The position numbers and the translations under genes were made by a program. Below are positions 1-9,607 of a DNA stretch of 64,000 nt, one piece after another. Source of the DNA: Alphaproteobacteria bacterium (lineage in GTDB: Bacteria; Pseudomonadota; Alphaproteobacteria; JAAXGF01). Every line of letters starts with the position of its first letter. Position 1 is the stretch's first letter. The notes under the pieces were generated by a model. It did not search any database, was not told the DNA's origin, and saw only the letters and a list, made by a program, of their open reading frames with translations. Location of the stretch: assembly GCA_963555825.3 (NCBI GenBank), contig CAUVXB020000002.1:1952001-2016000 (forward strand), written 5' to 3'.

Positions 1-336
1 GACGAAGATATGCCGGGCCAGCTTGAGACCGGTCGGCGCATCGAGGCTGCCGGCCAGGATCGCCACGCGGTCCTTGGTGGCCGGCTGCCACAAGACGATC
101 GAGCCGCATTCGCCGCAGAAACCGCGCCGCGCCGTCGCCGACGCACGGTACCATTTCAGCCCGCGGTCCTCGGTCAGTGTGAAGCGCTCGGCGGTGATGC
201 TCGTCGTCGCGTAGAGGTGGCCGCTCTGGCGCCGGCACTGGCCGCAATGACAGGCGGTGATATCGGCCAAAGGCCCGCGCGCCTCGTAGCGCACCGCCCC
301 GCACAGGCAGCCGCCGGTATGTGTCTCGTCGGTCAT
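1..336 (-). CDS. GFA (CENP-V/glutathione-dependent formaldehyde-activating) family protein, 3' end outside window
   Basis: Manual translation from ATG 336: MTDETHTGGCLCGAVRY...CHCGQCRR...RGFCGECGS; AGGAGAG SD upstream; not in ORF track because it runs off the edge. Confidence 0.85.
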   Translation of the reverse strand, partial: MTDETHTGGCLCGAVRYEARGPLADITACHCGQCRRQSGHLYATTSITAERFTLTEDRGLKWYRASATARRGFCGECGSIVLWQPATKDRVAILAGSLDAPTGLKLARHIFV

Positions 337-346
337 GGGGCTCTCC

Positions 347-649
347 TTAGGTCGTAATATCGCTGTCGGTCACCGCGAGCATCAGCAGCTTCCCGATGAT
401 CGAGATTTCGCTCTGGTCGAGCATCATGCCGCCCTCGATGTTGCGCGGCTTGTGCTTGAGAAAACGGCCGAACGCGGCGGCGAGCAACAGGGCTTCGTCG
501 CGGGTGAAGAACTTGGGCGCCTTGGGGACCTCGAGCTTTTCGCTGACCGCTGGGGCGTCGCGCCCCTCCCAGTAGAGTTTCCACGCCTCGGCGAGGACGC
601 GAAGTTCGTCGATCGAAAACTGCAGCATCGCGGAGCTTGGACGCACCAT
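347..649 (-). CDS. Hypothetical ~100-aa helical protein directly downstream of polA
   Basis: ATG abuts polA stop; GC3-rich codons; its TAA overlaps the SD of the GFA gene; alternative ATG at 628. Confidence 0.65.
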   Translation of the reverse strand: MVRPSSAMLQFSIDELRVLAEAWKLYWEGRDAPAVSEKLEVPKAPKFFTRDEALLLAAAFGRFLKHKPRNIEGGMMLDQSEISIIGKLLMLAVTDSDITT

Positions 650-3418
650 TCAATGCGCGTCGGCCCAGGTCGCGCCGGCGCCGGTGTCGACGACCAGCGG
701 CACCGAGAGATGGGCGGCGCCTTCCATGACGCGCTTGGCCACTTGGGCGGTCGCCTCGAGTTCGCTTTCGGGCGTCTCGAAGATCAGCTCGTCGTGGACC
801 TGGAGCAACATCCGGCCCGTTAGCCCGGCTTCGGCCAGCGCCGCCGGCATGCGGATCATGGCGCGCTTGATGATGTCGGCGGCCGAGCCCTGCAAGGGCG
901 CGTTGATCGCCGCGCGCTCCATGAAGCCGCGCCGCGCCGGGTTCTTGTCGTTGATGCCCGGCATGTGGCAGCGCCGGCCGAACAGCGTGGTGACGAAGCC
1001 GTGCTTGCGGCAGAACGACTTGGTGCGCTCCATATATTCGAGGATGCCCGGATAGCGCTCGAAATAGGCGTCGATATAGGCCCGCGCGTCGCGCTGGTCG
1101 ATGCCCAGCTGGCGCGCCAGACCGAACGGACTGATGCCGTAAATGATGCCGAAGTTGATCGCCTTGGCGCGCCGCCGCACCATCGCGTCCATGCCCTCGA
1201 TCGGCACGCCGAAGACCTGGCTCGCGGTCATCGCGTGAATGTCGAGGCCGTCGCGGAAGGCTTGCTTGAGCGGCTCGATGTCGGCGACATGCGCCGCCAG
1301 GCGCAGCTCGATCTGGGAATAATCGGCCGACAACAGCGTGCAGCCCGTGGCCGCGACGAAGGCGTGGCGGATCTTGCGGCCCTCCTCGGTGCGCACCGGA
1401 ATGTTCTGCAGGTTGGGGTCGGTCGAGGCGAGCCGGCCGGTCGACGCCGCGGCCATCGCGTAAGACGTGTGGACGCGCCCGGTGTCGGGGTTGATCTGTT
1501 CGATCAGCGCGTCGGTGTAGGTGCTCTTGAGCTTGGCGAGCTGGCGCCAGTCGAGCACTCGGGCGGGCAGTTCATGGCCCTGGGCGGCGAGCCCTTCAAG
1601 CACGTCGGCGCCGGTCGCGTACGCCCCCGACTTGCCCTTCTTGCCGCCGTCGATGCCCATTTCGTCGAACAGCACCTCGCCGAGCTGTTTGGGCGAGCCG
1701 ATCGTGAAAGCGTGGCCCGCGAGTTTGTGGATCTCGCCCGCCAGCACGTCGATGCGCCCGGCGAAGTCGGCGGACAGGTCGGCGAGCAACTCGCGGTCGA
1801 CCCCGATGCCTGCGCGCTCCATGGCGACCAGCACCGGGATCAGCGGCCGCTCGATCGTTTCGTAGACCGTCACCATGCGCTCGGCGAGCAGACGGGGCTT
1901 GAGCGTCTGATACAGCCGGCCGGTGATGTCGGCGTCCTCGGCGGCATAGTCGAGCGCCGCCTCCAGCGGCACCAGATCGAAGGTGATCTGCTGCTTGCCG
2001 GTGCCGGCGACCGCCTTGAAGGGGATCGGATCGATGCCGAGGTGAAGCCGCGACAGCTCGTCCATGCCGTGGCCGTGCTGGCCGCCTTCGAGCACGTAGG
2101 AGATCAGCATGGTGTCGTCGCATGGCGCGATCTCGATGCCGTAGCGCAATAGCACCGCAGTGTCGTATTTGATGTTGTGGCCGACCTTGAGCACCGCCGG
2201 GTCCTCGAGCATCGGCTTCAGCAACGCGAGCGCTTCGTCGAACGCGATCTGGGTCGGCCGGCCGCCGGTCTCGAGCCCCAGGTCGTCGCCCTCGGGCGGG
2301 CGGTGGCCGAGCGGCACGTAACATGCCTTGCCGGGCACGACCGAGAGCGAGACGCCGACCAGCTCGGCGCGCATCGAATCGAGTGAGGTCGTCTCGGTGT
2401 CGACGGTGACGACGCCGGCGTCGCCCGCTTGCGCGATCCAGCGCTCGAGCGCGGCCGAGTCCTGGACCATCTCGTAGGATGTTTCAGCGGGCGCCTCGTC
2501 GGGCGCGCCGACCGCGCCGTCGCCGCCACCGTCGATGCCGAGCCAGCGCTCGGCGCGGGTTACGATGCCGCGGAAGTCCTGGGCCTTGAGGAAATCGGTC
2601 AGCACCTGGGGGTCGGGCGCGCGTATCACGAAATCGTCGATGCCGTCGTCGAGCGGCACGTCGTCGCGCAGATAGACCAGCCGGCGCGACAGCCGCGCCA
2701 TCTCGGCGTGCTCGACCAGGTTTTGACGGCGTTTCGGCTGGGTGATCTCCTCGGCGCGCTCGAGCACCGTCTCCAGATCGCCGAACCGGTTGATCAGCTC
2801 GGCCGCGATCTTGACGCCGATGCCCGGCACACCCGGCACGTTGTCGGTCGCGTCGCCGGCCAGCGCCTGGACGTCGACGACGCGCTCGGGCCCGACGCCG
2901 AACTTCTCGCGTACCTCCTCGATGCCGATGCGTCGTCCCTTGAGGCCGTCGTACATGGTGACGGTCTCGCCGACCAACTGCATCAGGTCCTTGTCGGACG
3001 AGACGATGGTGACCTCGGCGCCGGCCTCGCGCGCGAGCCGCGCATAGGTCGCGATGATGTCGTCGGCCTCGAAGCCCTCGCGCTCGATGCACGGCAGATT
3101 GAAGGCGCGCGTCACGTCGCGGATCAGCGCGAACTGCGGCACCAGGTCCTCGGGCGCCGGTGGCCGGTGCGCCTTGTACTGATCGTAAATCTCGTTGCGG
3201 AAGCTCTTGCCCGAATAATCGAAGATGACGGCGATGCGGTCGGCCTCGATCTCGTCGAGCAGCCGCATCAGCATGTTGGCGAAGCCGTAGACGGCGTTGA
3301 CCGGCGTGCCGTCGGCGCGCGTCATCGGCGGCAATGCATGGAAGGCGCGGAAGATGAAACCCGAGCCGTCGATCAACACGACGTGCCCGGCCTTGCTGAC
3401 CGGCGCCGCGTCGCTCAT
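650..3418 (-). CDS. polA: DNA polymerase I
   Basis: 5'-3' exo (LIDGSGFIFRAFHA), 3'-5' exo (DTETT), polymerase motifs DYSQIELR, KAINFGIIYG, LLQVHDEL. Confidence 0.98.
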   Translation of the reverse strand: MSDAAPVSKAGHVVLIDGSGFIFRAFHALPPMTRADGTPVNAVYGFANMLMRLLDEIEADRIAVIFDYSGKSFRNEIYDQYKAHRPPAPEDLVPQFALIRDVTRAFNLPCIEREGFEADDIIATYARLAREAGAEVTIVSSDKDLMQLVGETVTMYDGLKGRRIGIEEVREKFGVGPERVVDVQALAGDATDNVPGVPGIGVKIAAELINRFGDLETVLERAEEITQPKRRQNLVEHAEMARLSRRLVYLRDDVPLDDGIDDFVIRAPDPQVLTDFLKAQDFRGIVTRAERWLGIDGGGDGAVGAPDEAPAETSYEMVQDSAALERWIAQAGDAGVVTVDTETTSLDSMRAELVGVSLSVVPGKACYVPLGHRPPEGDDLGLETGGRPTQIAFDEALALLKPMLEDPAVLKVGHNIKYDTAVLLRYGIEIAPCDDTMLISYVLEGGQHGHGMDELSRLHLGIDPIPFKAVAGTGKQQITFDLVPLEAALDYAAEDADITGRLYQTLKPRLLAERMVTVYETIERPLIPVLVAMERAGIGVDRELLADLSADFAGRIDVLAGEIHKLAGHAFTIGSPKQLGEVLFDEMGIDGGKKGKSGAYATGADVLEGLAAQGHELPARVLDWRQLAKLKSTYTDALIEQINPDTGRVHTSYAMAAASTGRLASTDPNLQNIPVRTEEGRKIRHAFVAATGCTLLSADYSQIELRLAAHVADIEPLKQAFRDGLDIHAMTASQVFGVPIEGMDAMVRRRAKAINFGIIYGISPFGLARQLGIDQRDARAYIDAYFERYPGILEYMERTKSFCRKHGFVTTLFGRRCHMPGINDKNPARRGFMERAAINAPLQGSAADIIKRAMIRMPAALAEAGLTGRMLLQVHDELIFETPESELEATAQVAKRVMEGAAHLSVPLVVDTGAGATWADAH

Positions 3419-3443
3419 GGCGCTCCGCGGGGGCAGCGCGGCA

Positions 3444-3626
3444 TCAGTGGGCGGCTTCGGCGCCGGCGCCCTCGGCGAGCACGAAACGGCGGTCGCAGTA
3501 GCCGCATTCGACCCAGCCTTTTGGGCCGATCTTTAGATAGACCACGGGGTGGCCGAGCGCGTCGTCACCGCCGTCGCAGCTCACCTCGCGGCTGGTCGTC
3601 TCGATGGTTTCCGGCGCATCCATCAT
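3444..3626 (-). CDS. zf-CHCC zinc-finger protein
   Basis: [14 protein letters not shown]...CGYCDRRF motif. Confidence 0.85.
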   Translation of the reverse strand: MMDAPETIETTSREVSCDGGDDALGHPVVYLKIGPKGWVECGYCDRRFVLAEGAGAEAAH

Positions 3627-3756
3627 GGCACTCGTTGTGGCTGTCCTGCCCCGCCTTGATCCGTCTTCGAGGTCGTTGACCCGGGGCTAGCCGGATGATA
3701 CCCATTGCCCGGCGACAATCAACCGCCACATCGCAATCACCACCGAACTAGCCCCG

Positions 3757-4722
3757 ATGTCGAGTGCGCGCACCAACGGCGGCGCTCCCGCCAATGCCCT
3801 GACTATCACCGGCCTCCGCAAGACCTATGGCCAGGGCGCCCGCGCCGTCGAGGCGCTGCGCGGCATCGATCTGGTGGTGCCGCGCGGTGCGTTCTTCGGC
3901 CTGTTGGGCCCCAATGGGGCAGGCAAGTCGACCTTGATCAACATCCTCGCCGGGCTGGTCGTCAAGACGGCTGGCGAGGCGTCGATATGGGGCTACGACG
4001 TCGACGCCCAACCGCGCGCCGCGCGCTCGGCGATCGGCGTCGTGCCGCAGGAGCTCAACCTCGACCCGTTCTTCACGCCGCGCGAGGTCTTGGAGCTGCA
4101 GGCCGGGCTCTACGGCCTGCGCAAGCGCCAGCGCCACACCGATGAGATCCTCGCCGCGGTCGGCCTGAGCGAGGTCGCCGAATCCTCCGCCCGTCAACTA
4201 TCGGGCGGCATGCGGCGCCGGCTTCTGGTCGCCAAGGCGATGGTGCATGCGCCGCCGGTGCTGGTGCTCGATGAGCCGACCGCCGGCGTCGACATCGAGC
4301 TGCGCCAGCAGTTCTGGTCCTACGTCGGCGCGCTCAACGCCGACGGCACGACGATCCTGTTGACCACGCACTACCTGGAAGAGGCCGAGCGCGTCTGCGA
4401 TTCGATCGCCATCATCCACGATGGTGAACTGGTCGCCAACGAGACGACCAAGACGCTGATCCGCCGGCTCGACCGCAAGACGGTCACCATCGCCATCACC
4501 GAAGATCTCGACGTGGTGCCCGAGGCGCTCGCCCGCTTCGACGCCGAGCTGTTGCCGGTGCGCCGCCTGGCGATCCACTACCGCCCGAGCCACACCGAGA
4601 TCGGCGAAGTGCTCGCCGCGGTCAATGGCGCCGGGCTGACGATCGCCGACCTGACGACCGAGGAAAGCGATCTCGAAGACATCTTCCTGGCGCTGACCAG
4701 CCGCCGCGGCCGCGAGGCATAG
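3757..4722 (+). CDS. ABC-2 type transporter ATP-binding protein (YadG-like)
   Basis: GPNGAGKST Walker A, LSGGM signature, LVLDEPTAGVD Walker B, TTHY. Confidence 0.92.
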   Translation: MSSARTNGGAPANALTITGLRKTYGQGARAVEALRGIDLVVPRGAFFGLLGPNGAGKSTLINILAGLVVKTAGEASIWGYDVDAQPRAARSAIGVVPQELNLDPFFTPREVLELQAGLYGLRKRQRHTDEILAAVGLSEVAESSARQLSGGMRRRLLVAKAMVHAPPVLVLDEPTAGVDIELRQQFWSYVGALNADGTTILLTTHYLEEAERVCDSIAIIHDGELVANETTKTLIRRLDRKTVTIAITEDLDVVPEALARFDAELLPVRRLAIHYRPSHTEIGEVLAAVNGAGLTIADLTTEESDLEDIFLALTSRRGREA

Positions 4723-4786
4723 CCGGTCTGCCCGGCACGGGGGGTGCGGTGGTCGGCCGGTGGCCAGGGCGCCGGCCGCGGCGCCG

Positions 4787-6826
4787 TTACGCATCGGCGC
4801 AAAAGCGACGCCACATCTCGCGGTAGGCGCCCTCGATCTCGCGCGCGAAGGCGCCCTGCCGGCAGAGCGGCGACTGCCGAACGCGATCGCGCAATTCGCT
4901 GCGCAGCAACGCAAGCTTTTCGAGGTCGCCGGCGAGCCGCACCGCTTGCGCGACATACGCGACCTCGGTCTCGGCAACGAATTCCGGGTGACCGATGCGC
5001 GCCAGCAGACTCGCACCCACCCGGCCAGCGTGACGGTCGCCCGCCAGCGTGACCACGGGTACGCCCATCCACAGCGCCTCGCAGGTCGTCGTCGTGCCGT
5101 TGTAGGGAAACGTATCGAGGCCGATGTCGACCCGGTGATACGCGCCCAGATGGCCGGCATTCGAGGCGATCCAGGGGAGCAACTCGATGCGTCCGGGGTC
5201 GATCCCGCGCGCGCCGAACAACTGCAGATAGCGCTGTCGCGTCGCCTTATCGGCCAAGGTCCGGTTCTTGATCAACATCCGCGAATTCGCCACGGCGTCG
5301 AGGACCTCGGCCCAGGTGCCGACCACCTCGGGGGTGACCTTGGCGAGCTTGTTGAACGAACCGAAGGTCACATGGCCGGCCGCCTGGGCCGGCGATCGGC
5401 CGACGTCCGGGGCGTTTGCCGACGGCGCGTAGCAGAGGAATCCGTTCGCAAGGCGCACCATCGTCTCGCTATGGAGCGAGTCGTCCGTCGCCACCGGGTC
5501 GGCGATCGCATCGGTCAGCCGGTAATCGATCGCCGCGACCCCCGTCGTGTTGGGGTAGCCGAGCCAGGTGACTTGCACCGGTGCGGGCCGCACAGCGAAC
5601 ATGAGGAGCCGGTTATTTGCGGTGTGTCCGGCGACGTCGACGAGGATGTCGATGCCGTCCACGCGGATGATGTCAGCGACCGCCGAATCCGGCAGGCCGA
5701 CAATCGATCGCCACGCGTCCGCCCGGCCGCGAAACCACGTCGTCATTTGGTCCGGGTTGGCGACCTGGGCGTAGCACACTGCCTCGAACGCGCGGCGGTC
5801 GTGCGCGGCGATCAGCGGCGCCAGAAAGTGACCGACGGAATGTTCGCAGAAGTCGGGCGAGACATAGCCAACGCGCAGCCGGCGGTCGGGATTTGGGTCG
5901 TTGGCGTGGCTTCGGTCCGACCCGTCGAAGGGCGCCGCGTGGACCGCGTTCCAGGCCAGTGTCTCGGCCCAAATGTCGGCTTGCGTCGGCGTCCCGTCGT
6001 AGTTCATACAGAAGATCAGATTGCTGTGCACCGCCGCCATGCCGGGCTTGATCTCGAGCGCCTTGCGGAACGCGGCCACCGCTTCGCCGAGCCGGCCCTG
6101 ATCTTCGAACGTGTAACCCAGGTTGTTGTGTGCTTCGGCGAAGTCGGGGTCGAGCGCCAGGGCCTTCCGATAGGCGGCGACCGCATCGCTCAGCCGGCCC
6201 TGGGCCTTGAGTGCGTTGCCCAGGTTGTTGTACGGCCCGGCGACATCGGGATTCAACGCCACCAACTTGCGCAGAATCGCCACCGCCTCAGCCGGCTTTC
6301 GCTGCGCGCTGAGCGCGTTGCCCAGATTGTTCAGCGCCTCGGCATAATCGGGCTTCAATTCCAGTGCCGTGCGGTATTCGGCCACCGTATCGTCCAGCTT
6401 GCCCTGGTTTTTGAGCGCATTGCCCAGGTTGTTCCGCGCCCGGGCAAAGTCGGGCTTGAGCGCCAAGGCGCGGCGGTGGGCCGCCACCGCTGCCTCGAGT
6501 TCGCCTTGCGCTTTGAGCGCCACGCCCATGTTGTCGTGCGCCTCGGCATAGTCGGGCCGCAAGGCAATCGCCTTGCCGATCAACTCGGCCGCCCGGCGAG
6601 GGTCGCCCCGTCGGATATGGATTACGCCATAGTGGCGCAGCGCGACAACATGCTCGGCGTCGCCGGCCAGGATGTCGACATAGATCGGCTCGGCTTCCGC
6701 CAGTCGCCCGGCTTGGAGGTGCGCCACCGCCTCGCGAAGCCGGGCATCCGCGGCCCGCGATCCGCCCGCCGCCGGCGCGCCACGTCTCCGGACCTTGGCG
6801 ACGGCGCGCCTTCGCTTTCGGTTCAT
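4787..6826 (-). CDS. TPR-containing GT41 glycosyltransferase (SPINDLY/OGT-like)
   Basis: Start MNRKRRR; about 7 TPRs (PDYAEAHNNLG-type), RLRVGYVSPDF..HSV, PAPVQVTWLGYP, FGSFN, LDTFPYNGTTTTCEALWMGVPVV. Confidence 0.9.
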   Translation of the reverse strand: MNRKRRRAVAKVRRRGAPAAGGSRAADARLREAVAHLQAGRLAEAEPIYVDILAGDAEHVVALRHYGVIHIRRGDPRRAAELIGKAIALRPDYAEAHDNMGVALKAQGELEAAVAAHRRALALKPDFARARNNLGNALKNQGKLDDTVAEYRTALELKPDYAEALNNLGNALSAQRKPAEAVAILRKLVALNPDVAGPYNNLGNALKAQGRLSDAVAAYRKALALDPDFAEAHNNLGYTFEDQGRLGEAVAAFRKALEIKPGMAAVHSNLIFCMNYDGTPTQADIWAETLAWNAVHAAPFDGSDRSHANDPNPDRRLRVGYVSPDFCEHSVGHFLAPLIAAHDRRAFEAVCYAQVANPDQMTTWFRGRADAWRSIVGLPDSAVADIIRVDGIDILVDVAGHTANNRLLMFAVRPAPVQVTWLGYPNTTGVAAIDYRLTDAIADPVATDDSLHSETMVRLANGFLCYAPSANAPDVGRSPAQAAGHVTFGSFNKLAKVTPEVVGTWAEVLDAVANSRMLIKNRTLADKATRQRYLQLFGARGIDPGRIELLPWIASNAGHLGAYHRVDIGLDTFPYNGTTTTCEALWMGVPVVTLAGDRHAGRVGASLLARIGHPEFVAETEVAYVAQAVRLAGDLEKLALLRSELRDRVRQSPLCRQGAFAREIEGAYREMWRRFCADA

Positions 6827-6954
6827 GCGATTCCGTCCCGACCACCCGTCCCATGCACGTCGACCGTCATGATACCGATCTCGATCGAGGCAAGATACGC
6901 CCGCTTCGGGACGGCGCCGCGGCCGGCGCAGCTGGCCTTGGTGAGAACGCCGGG

Positions 6955-7848
6955 CTAACTGCCTTCGTCGCCGGCGCCGCGGCCGCTGTCGAGCAACTCG
7001 TCGAGCGTGCGGTCGGTGAGTTGGGCGAGCGACCAGGCGGCGAACCAGCGGACGTCGGCGTCGCGGTCGCGCAGCAGCGCCTCGAGCGGCGTCACGGCGC
7101 TCTTGGCGCCGATCTTGCCGAGCGACCAGGCGGCCTCGCGCCTGACGTCCGCGTTCCGGTCGCCCAGAACGGCAATCAGGGCGCCGGCGGTGGGGCCGTC
7201 GCCCAGCGCACCGAGATCGCCAAGCGCGCGCGCCGCGTTGGGACGCACCACGCGGCTGCCGTCGTCGAGCGCGGCGATCAGCGGTTCGGGCCCGTAGACC
7301 TCGCCGATCGCTTCGAGGAAGCGCGGTACGAACGATCCCGCCCACGAAAAAATCTCGCCGAACGGCGCGTTTTCCGGTCGCTCGAAATTGAGGTTGAGAT
7401 TGAGTTCGAGCGGTGGCTGCTTGCGCGTGACGAAGGGCTTGGTCCAGACCGCGCCGCCGCCCGCCTCGAAGACGATGTCGCCCTCGAGCGAGGCGCCGAC
7501 GAAGAGATACTGCATGTCGGTGAAGCCGAACAGCCGACCGATCGCGGTGCCGCGCGCCGTGATCGTCAGCGTCGCGCCGTACCGGGTGGCGTCGGCGTCG
7601 ACGACGCGCACGCCGGCGTATTCCATGACCTCCTCGACGACCGCCTCGAAGGGAAGGCGATAACCGGGGATCGGCGCGATTTCGATGCCGTTGCGCGGCC
7701 GGTAGCCGAACGCCTGGTCGACGACCAGACGGACGGTGTCGGCCGAGGCGATGCGCGTACGTGTCGCCGCGTCGGGCTGGTCGGCCCGCACCGGGCCAAC
7801 GCCGATCACGCCGACGGTGAGCAACAGGGCGGCCAGCAGACGTTTCAT
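6955..7848 (-). CDS. Exported HEAT-repeat (HEAT_2/PBS-type) protein
   Basis: Signal peptide MKRLLAALLL...VRA; C-terminal repeats VRPNAARALGDLG, VRREAAWSLGKIG, VRWFAAWSLAQL. Confidence 0.8.
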   Translation of the reverse strand: MKRLLAALLLTVGVIGVGPVRADQPDAATRTRIASADTVRLVVDQAFGYRPRNGIEIAPIPGYRLPFEAVVEEVMEYAGVRVVDADATRYGATLTITARGTAIGRLFGFTDMQYLFVGASLEGDIVFEAGGGAVWTKPFVTRKQPPLELNLNLNFERPENAPFGEIFSWAGSFVPRFLEAIGEVYGPEPLIAALDDGSRVVRPNAARALGDLGALGDGPTAGALIAVLGDRNADVRREAAWSLGKIGAKSAVTPLEALLRDRDADVRWFAAWSLAQLTDRTLDELLDSGRGAGDEGS

Positions 7849-7981
7849 CGCAGTCCAAGCCTAACAGCCGGACCCGGGCGGCGGTAGTGACAACCCCGTG
7901 AGGCCCGCGCTCTTGCGCGCCGCGGCGTTTCGGCCGATGCTGCGCCCCATTAACCTACGGCGAGCGGACATACGGCAAGCC

Positions 7982-8983
7982 ATGGCGAGCCACACCTTTT
8001 TCTGCGTCGACGCGCATACTTGCGGCAATCCGGTGCGGGTGGTGGCCGGCGGCGCGCCGCCGCTCGAAGGCGCGACGGCCAGCGAACGGCGTCGGGATTT
8101 CATGGCGCGCTACGACTGGATCCGCACCGGCCTGATGTACGAGCCGCGCGGCCATGCCATGATGTCGGGCTCGATCCTCTATCCGCCGACGCGCCCCGAT
8201 TGCGACGTCGGCATCATCTTCATCGAGACCTCGGGCGCGCTGCCGATGTGCGGCCACGGCGCCATCGGCACGGTGACCGTGGCGATCGAGCGCGGGCTGG
8301 CGACGCCCGCCGAGCCCGGCGTCCTGCGCCTCGACACGCCGGCCGGCGTCGTCGTCGCGGAATATGAACTCATCGGCGAGCATGTCGCGTCGGTGCGCCT
8401 GACCAACGTCGCCTCGTTCCTCCATGCGACCGGTATCGAGGTCGAATGCCCGGACATCGGAACGATTACTGTCGACGTTGCCTATGGCGGCAATTTCTAC
8501 GCCATCGTCGAGGCCCAGGCGAACTACCGCGACCTCGCCGACATCGCGCCCGCCGACGTGCTGCGCTGGAGCCCGGTGGTGCGCCAACGCCTCAATCAGG
8601 CGCATGAATTCGTCCATCCCGAGGACGACACCGTCCGGGGACTGAGCCACGTCATGTGGACCGGCGCGGCGAAACATCCGGACGCCGACGCGCGCAACGC
8701 GGTGTTCTACGGCGACGGCGCGATCGACCGCTCGCCCTGCGGCACCGGCACCTCGGCGCGCATGGCGCAGCTCGCCGCCCGGGGCGAACTGGCGCCCGGC
8801 GACGGCTTCGTCCACGAGAGCATCATCGGCAGCCTGTTCCACGGCCGCATCGAGGCGACCGCGACGGTCGGCAACCGCGACGCCATCATCCCGAGCGTCG
8901 AGGGCTGGGCGCACATCACCGGACTCAACACCATCTTCATCGACGACCGCGACCCCTTCGCCCACGGCTTCCAGGTGGTTTAG
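7982..8983 (+). CDS. 4-hydroxyproline 2-epimerase (proline racemase family)
   Basis: DAHTCGNPVR, EPRGH, catalytic MCGH and DRSPCGTGT. Confidence 0.88.
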   Translation: MASHTFFCVDAHTCGNPVRVVAGGAPPLEGATASERRRDFMARYDWIRTGLMYEPRGHAMMSGSILYPPTRPDCDVGIIFIETSGALPMCGHGAIGTVTVAIERGLATPAEPGVLRLDTPAGVVVAEYELIGEHVASVRLTNVASFLHATGIEVECPDIGTITVDVAYGGNFYAIVEAQANYRDLADIAPADVLRWSPVVRQRLNQAHEFVHPEDDTVRGLSHVMWTGAAKHPDADARNAVFYGDGAIDRSPCGTGTSARMAQLAARGELAPGDGFVHESIIGSLFHGRIEATATVGNRDAIIPSVEGWAHITGLNTIFIDDRDPFAHGFQVV

Positions 8984-9522
8984 CCCGGCTTTCTCACTAA
9001 GGATAGGTGCGGCACGGCGGATATCGGACGACAGGCTAGGAAAAGCGTGCGGGCCACGATGCCAGTACTCCCTTGCACGATTCCACGGCACGTAGGATCG
9101 CGTTTCCCGTTTCCGCGGCAGTCGGGGGCGTGACGGCGATGCCTTGGCATCGCAGAGCGTTCCCGACGCCCCGAGGGGACGGGAAACGCGACCCGCAGGG
9201 CGACCTTGCGCGGCCGCCGGCGGCGTTGCCCGGCGCTTGTGATGCGCCCAGCATCACGGCGCGCCGGGCGCCTTGCCGGACGACCACGCAAGGCCGTCCT
9301 ACGTACCGTGGCATCGTGCAAGTGAGTACTCGCGCATCGGGCAAGCGCTTTGACGCGGCCTGTCGTCCGAGATCCGCCGCCATTCGGGTCGCGCCGGGCG
9401 GGGCGTGCGCGGCGTCGAGGGCCTTGCGCGTAGCCCAGGCTACGCTCCGCGGCCTTTTTCTGGCGGATCGGCGACCGCCCGACGCGATGACGCGCATGTC
9501 CATGGTGAGAAATTCGGGCTAG
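8981..9522. mobile_element. ~540-bp non-coding nested palindromic (MITE-like) element
   Basis: Terminal IR 8981-9003/9499-9521 (19/23), inner IRs 9015-9036/9358-9379 (21/22), 9064-9097/9297-9330 (31/34), 9098-9110/9179-9191 (13/13); terminal arms recur at 26770 and 35420. Confidence 0.75.
9066..9328. repeat. 263-nt structured element, copy 1 (TAC...GTA)
   Basis: Same fold and junction motifs as 52031-52292. Confidence 0.8.
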
Positions 9523-9607
9523 TGGATAGAATCCACGAGGCGAGAGCAGTCCCGACCGACGATACGCGGCCCCGCCAGGGCGCATCGATGTCCACGCCCG
9601 CCGCTGC

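Noticed and set aside
4787-7858. 1023-aa ORF as one protein; likewise the extended ORFs for glnD (1177 aa), fabB (567 aa), katG (777 aa), ugpQ, rimP, trmB, corC and the deacetylase
   Set aside because: N-terminal extensions are off-frame read-through of upstream genes, common at high GC; the FabI-FabA case differs because both halves are real domains in one frame
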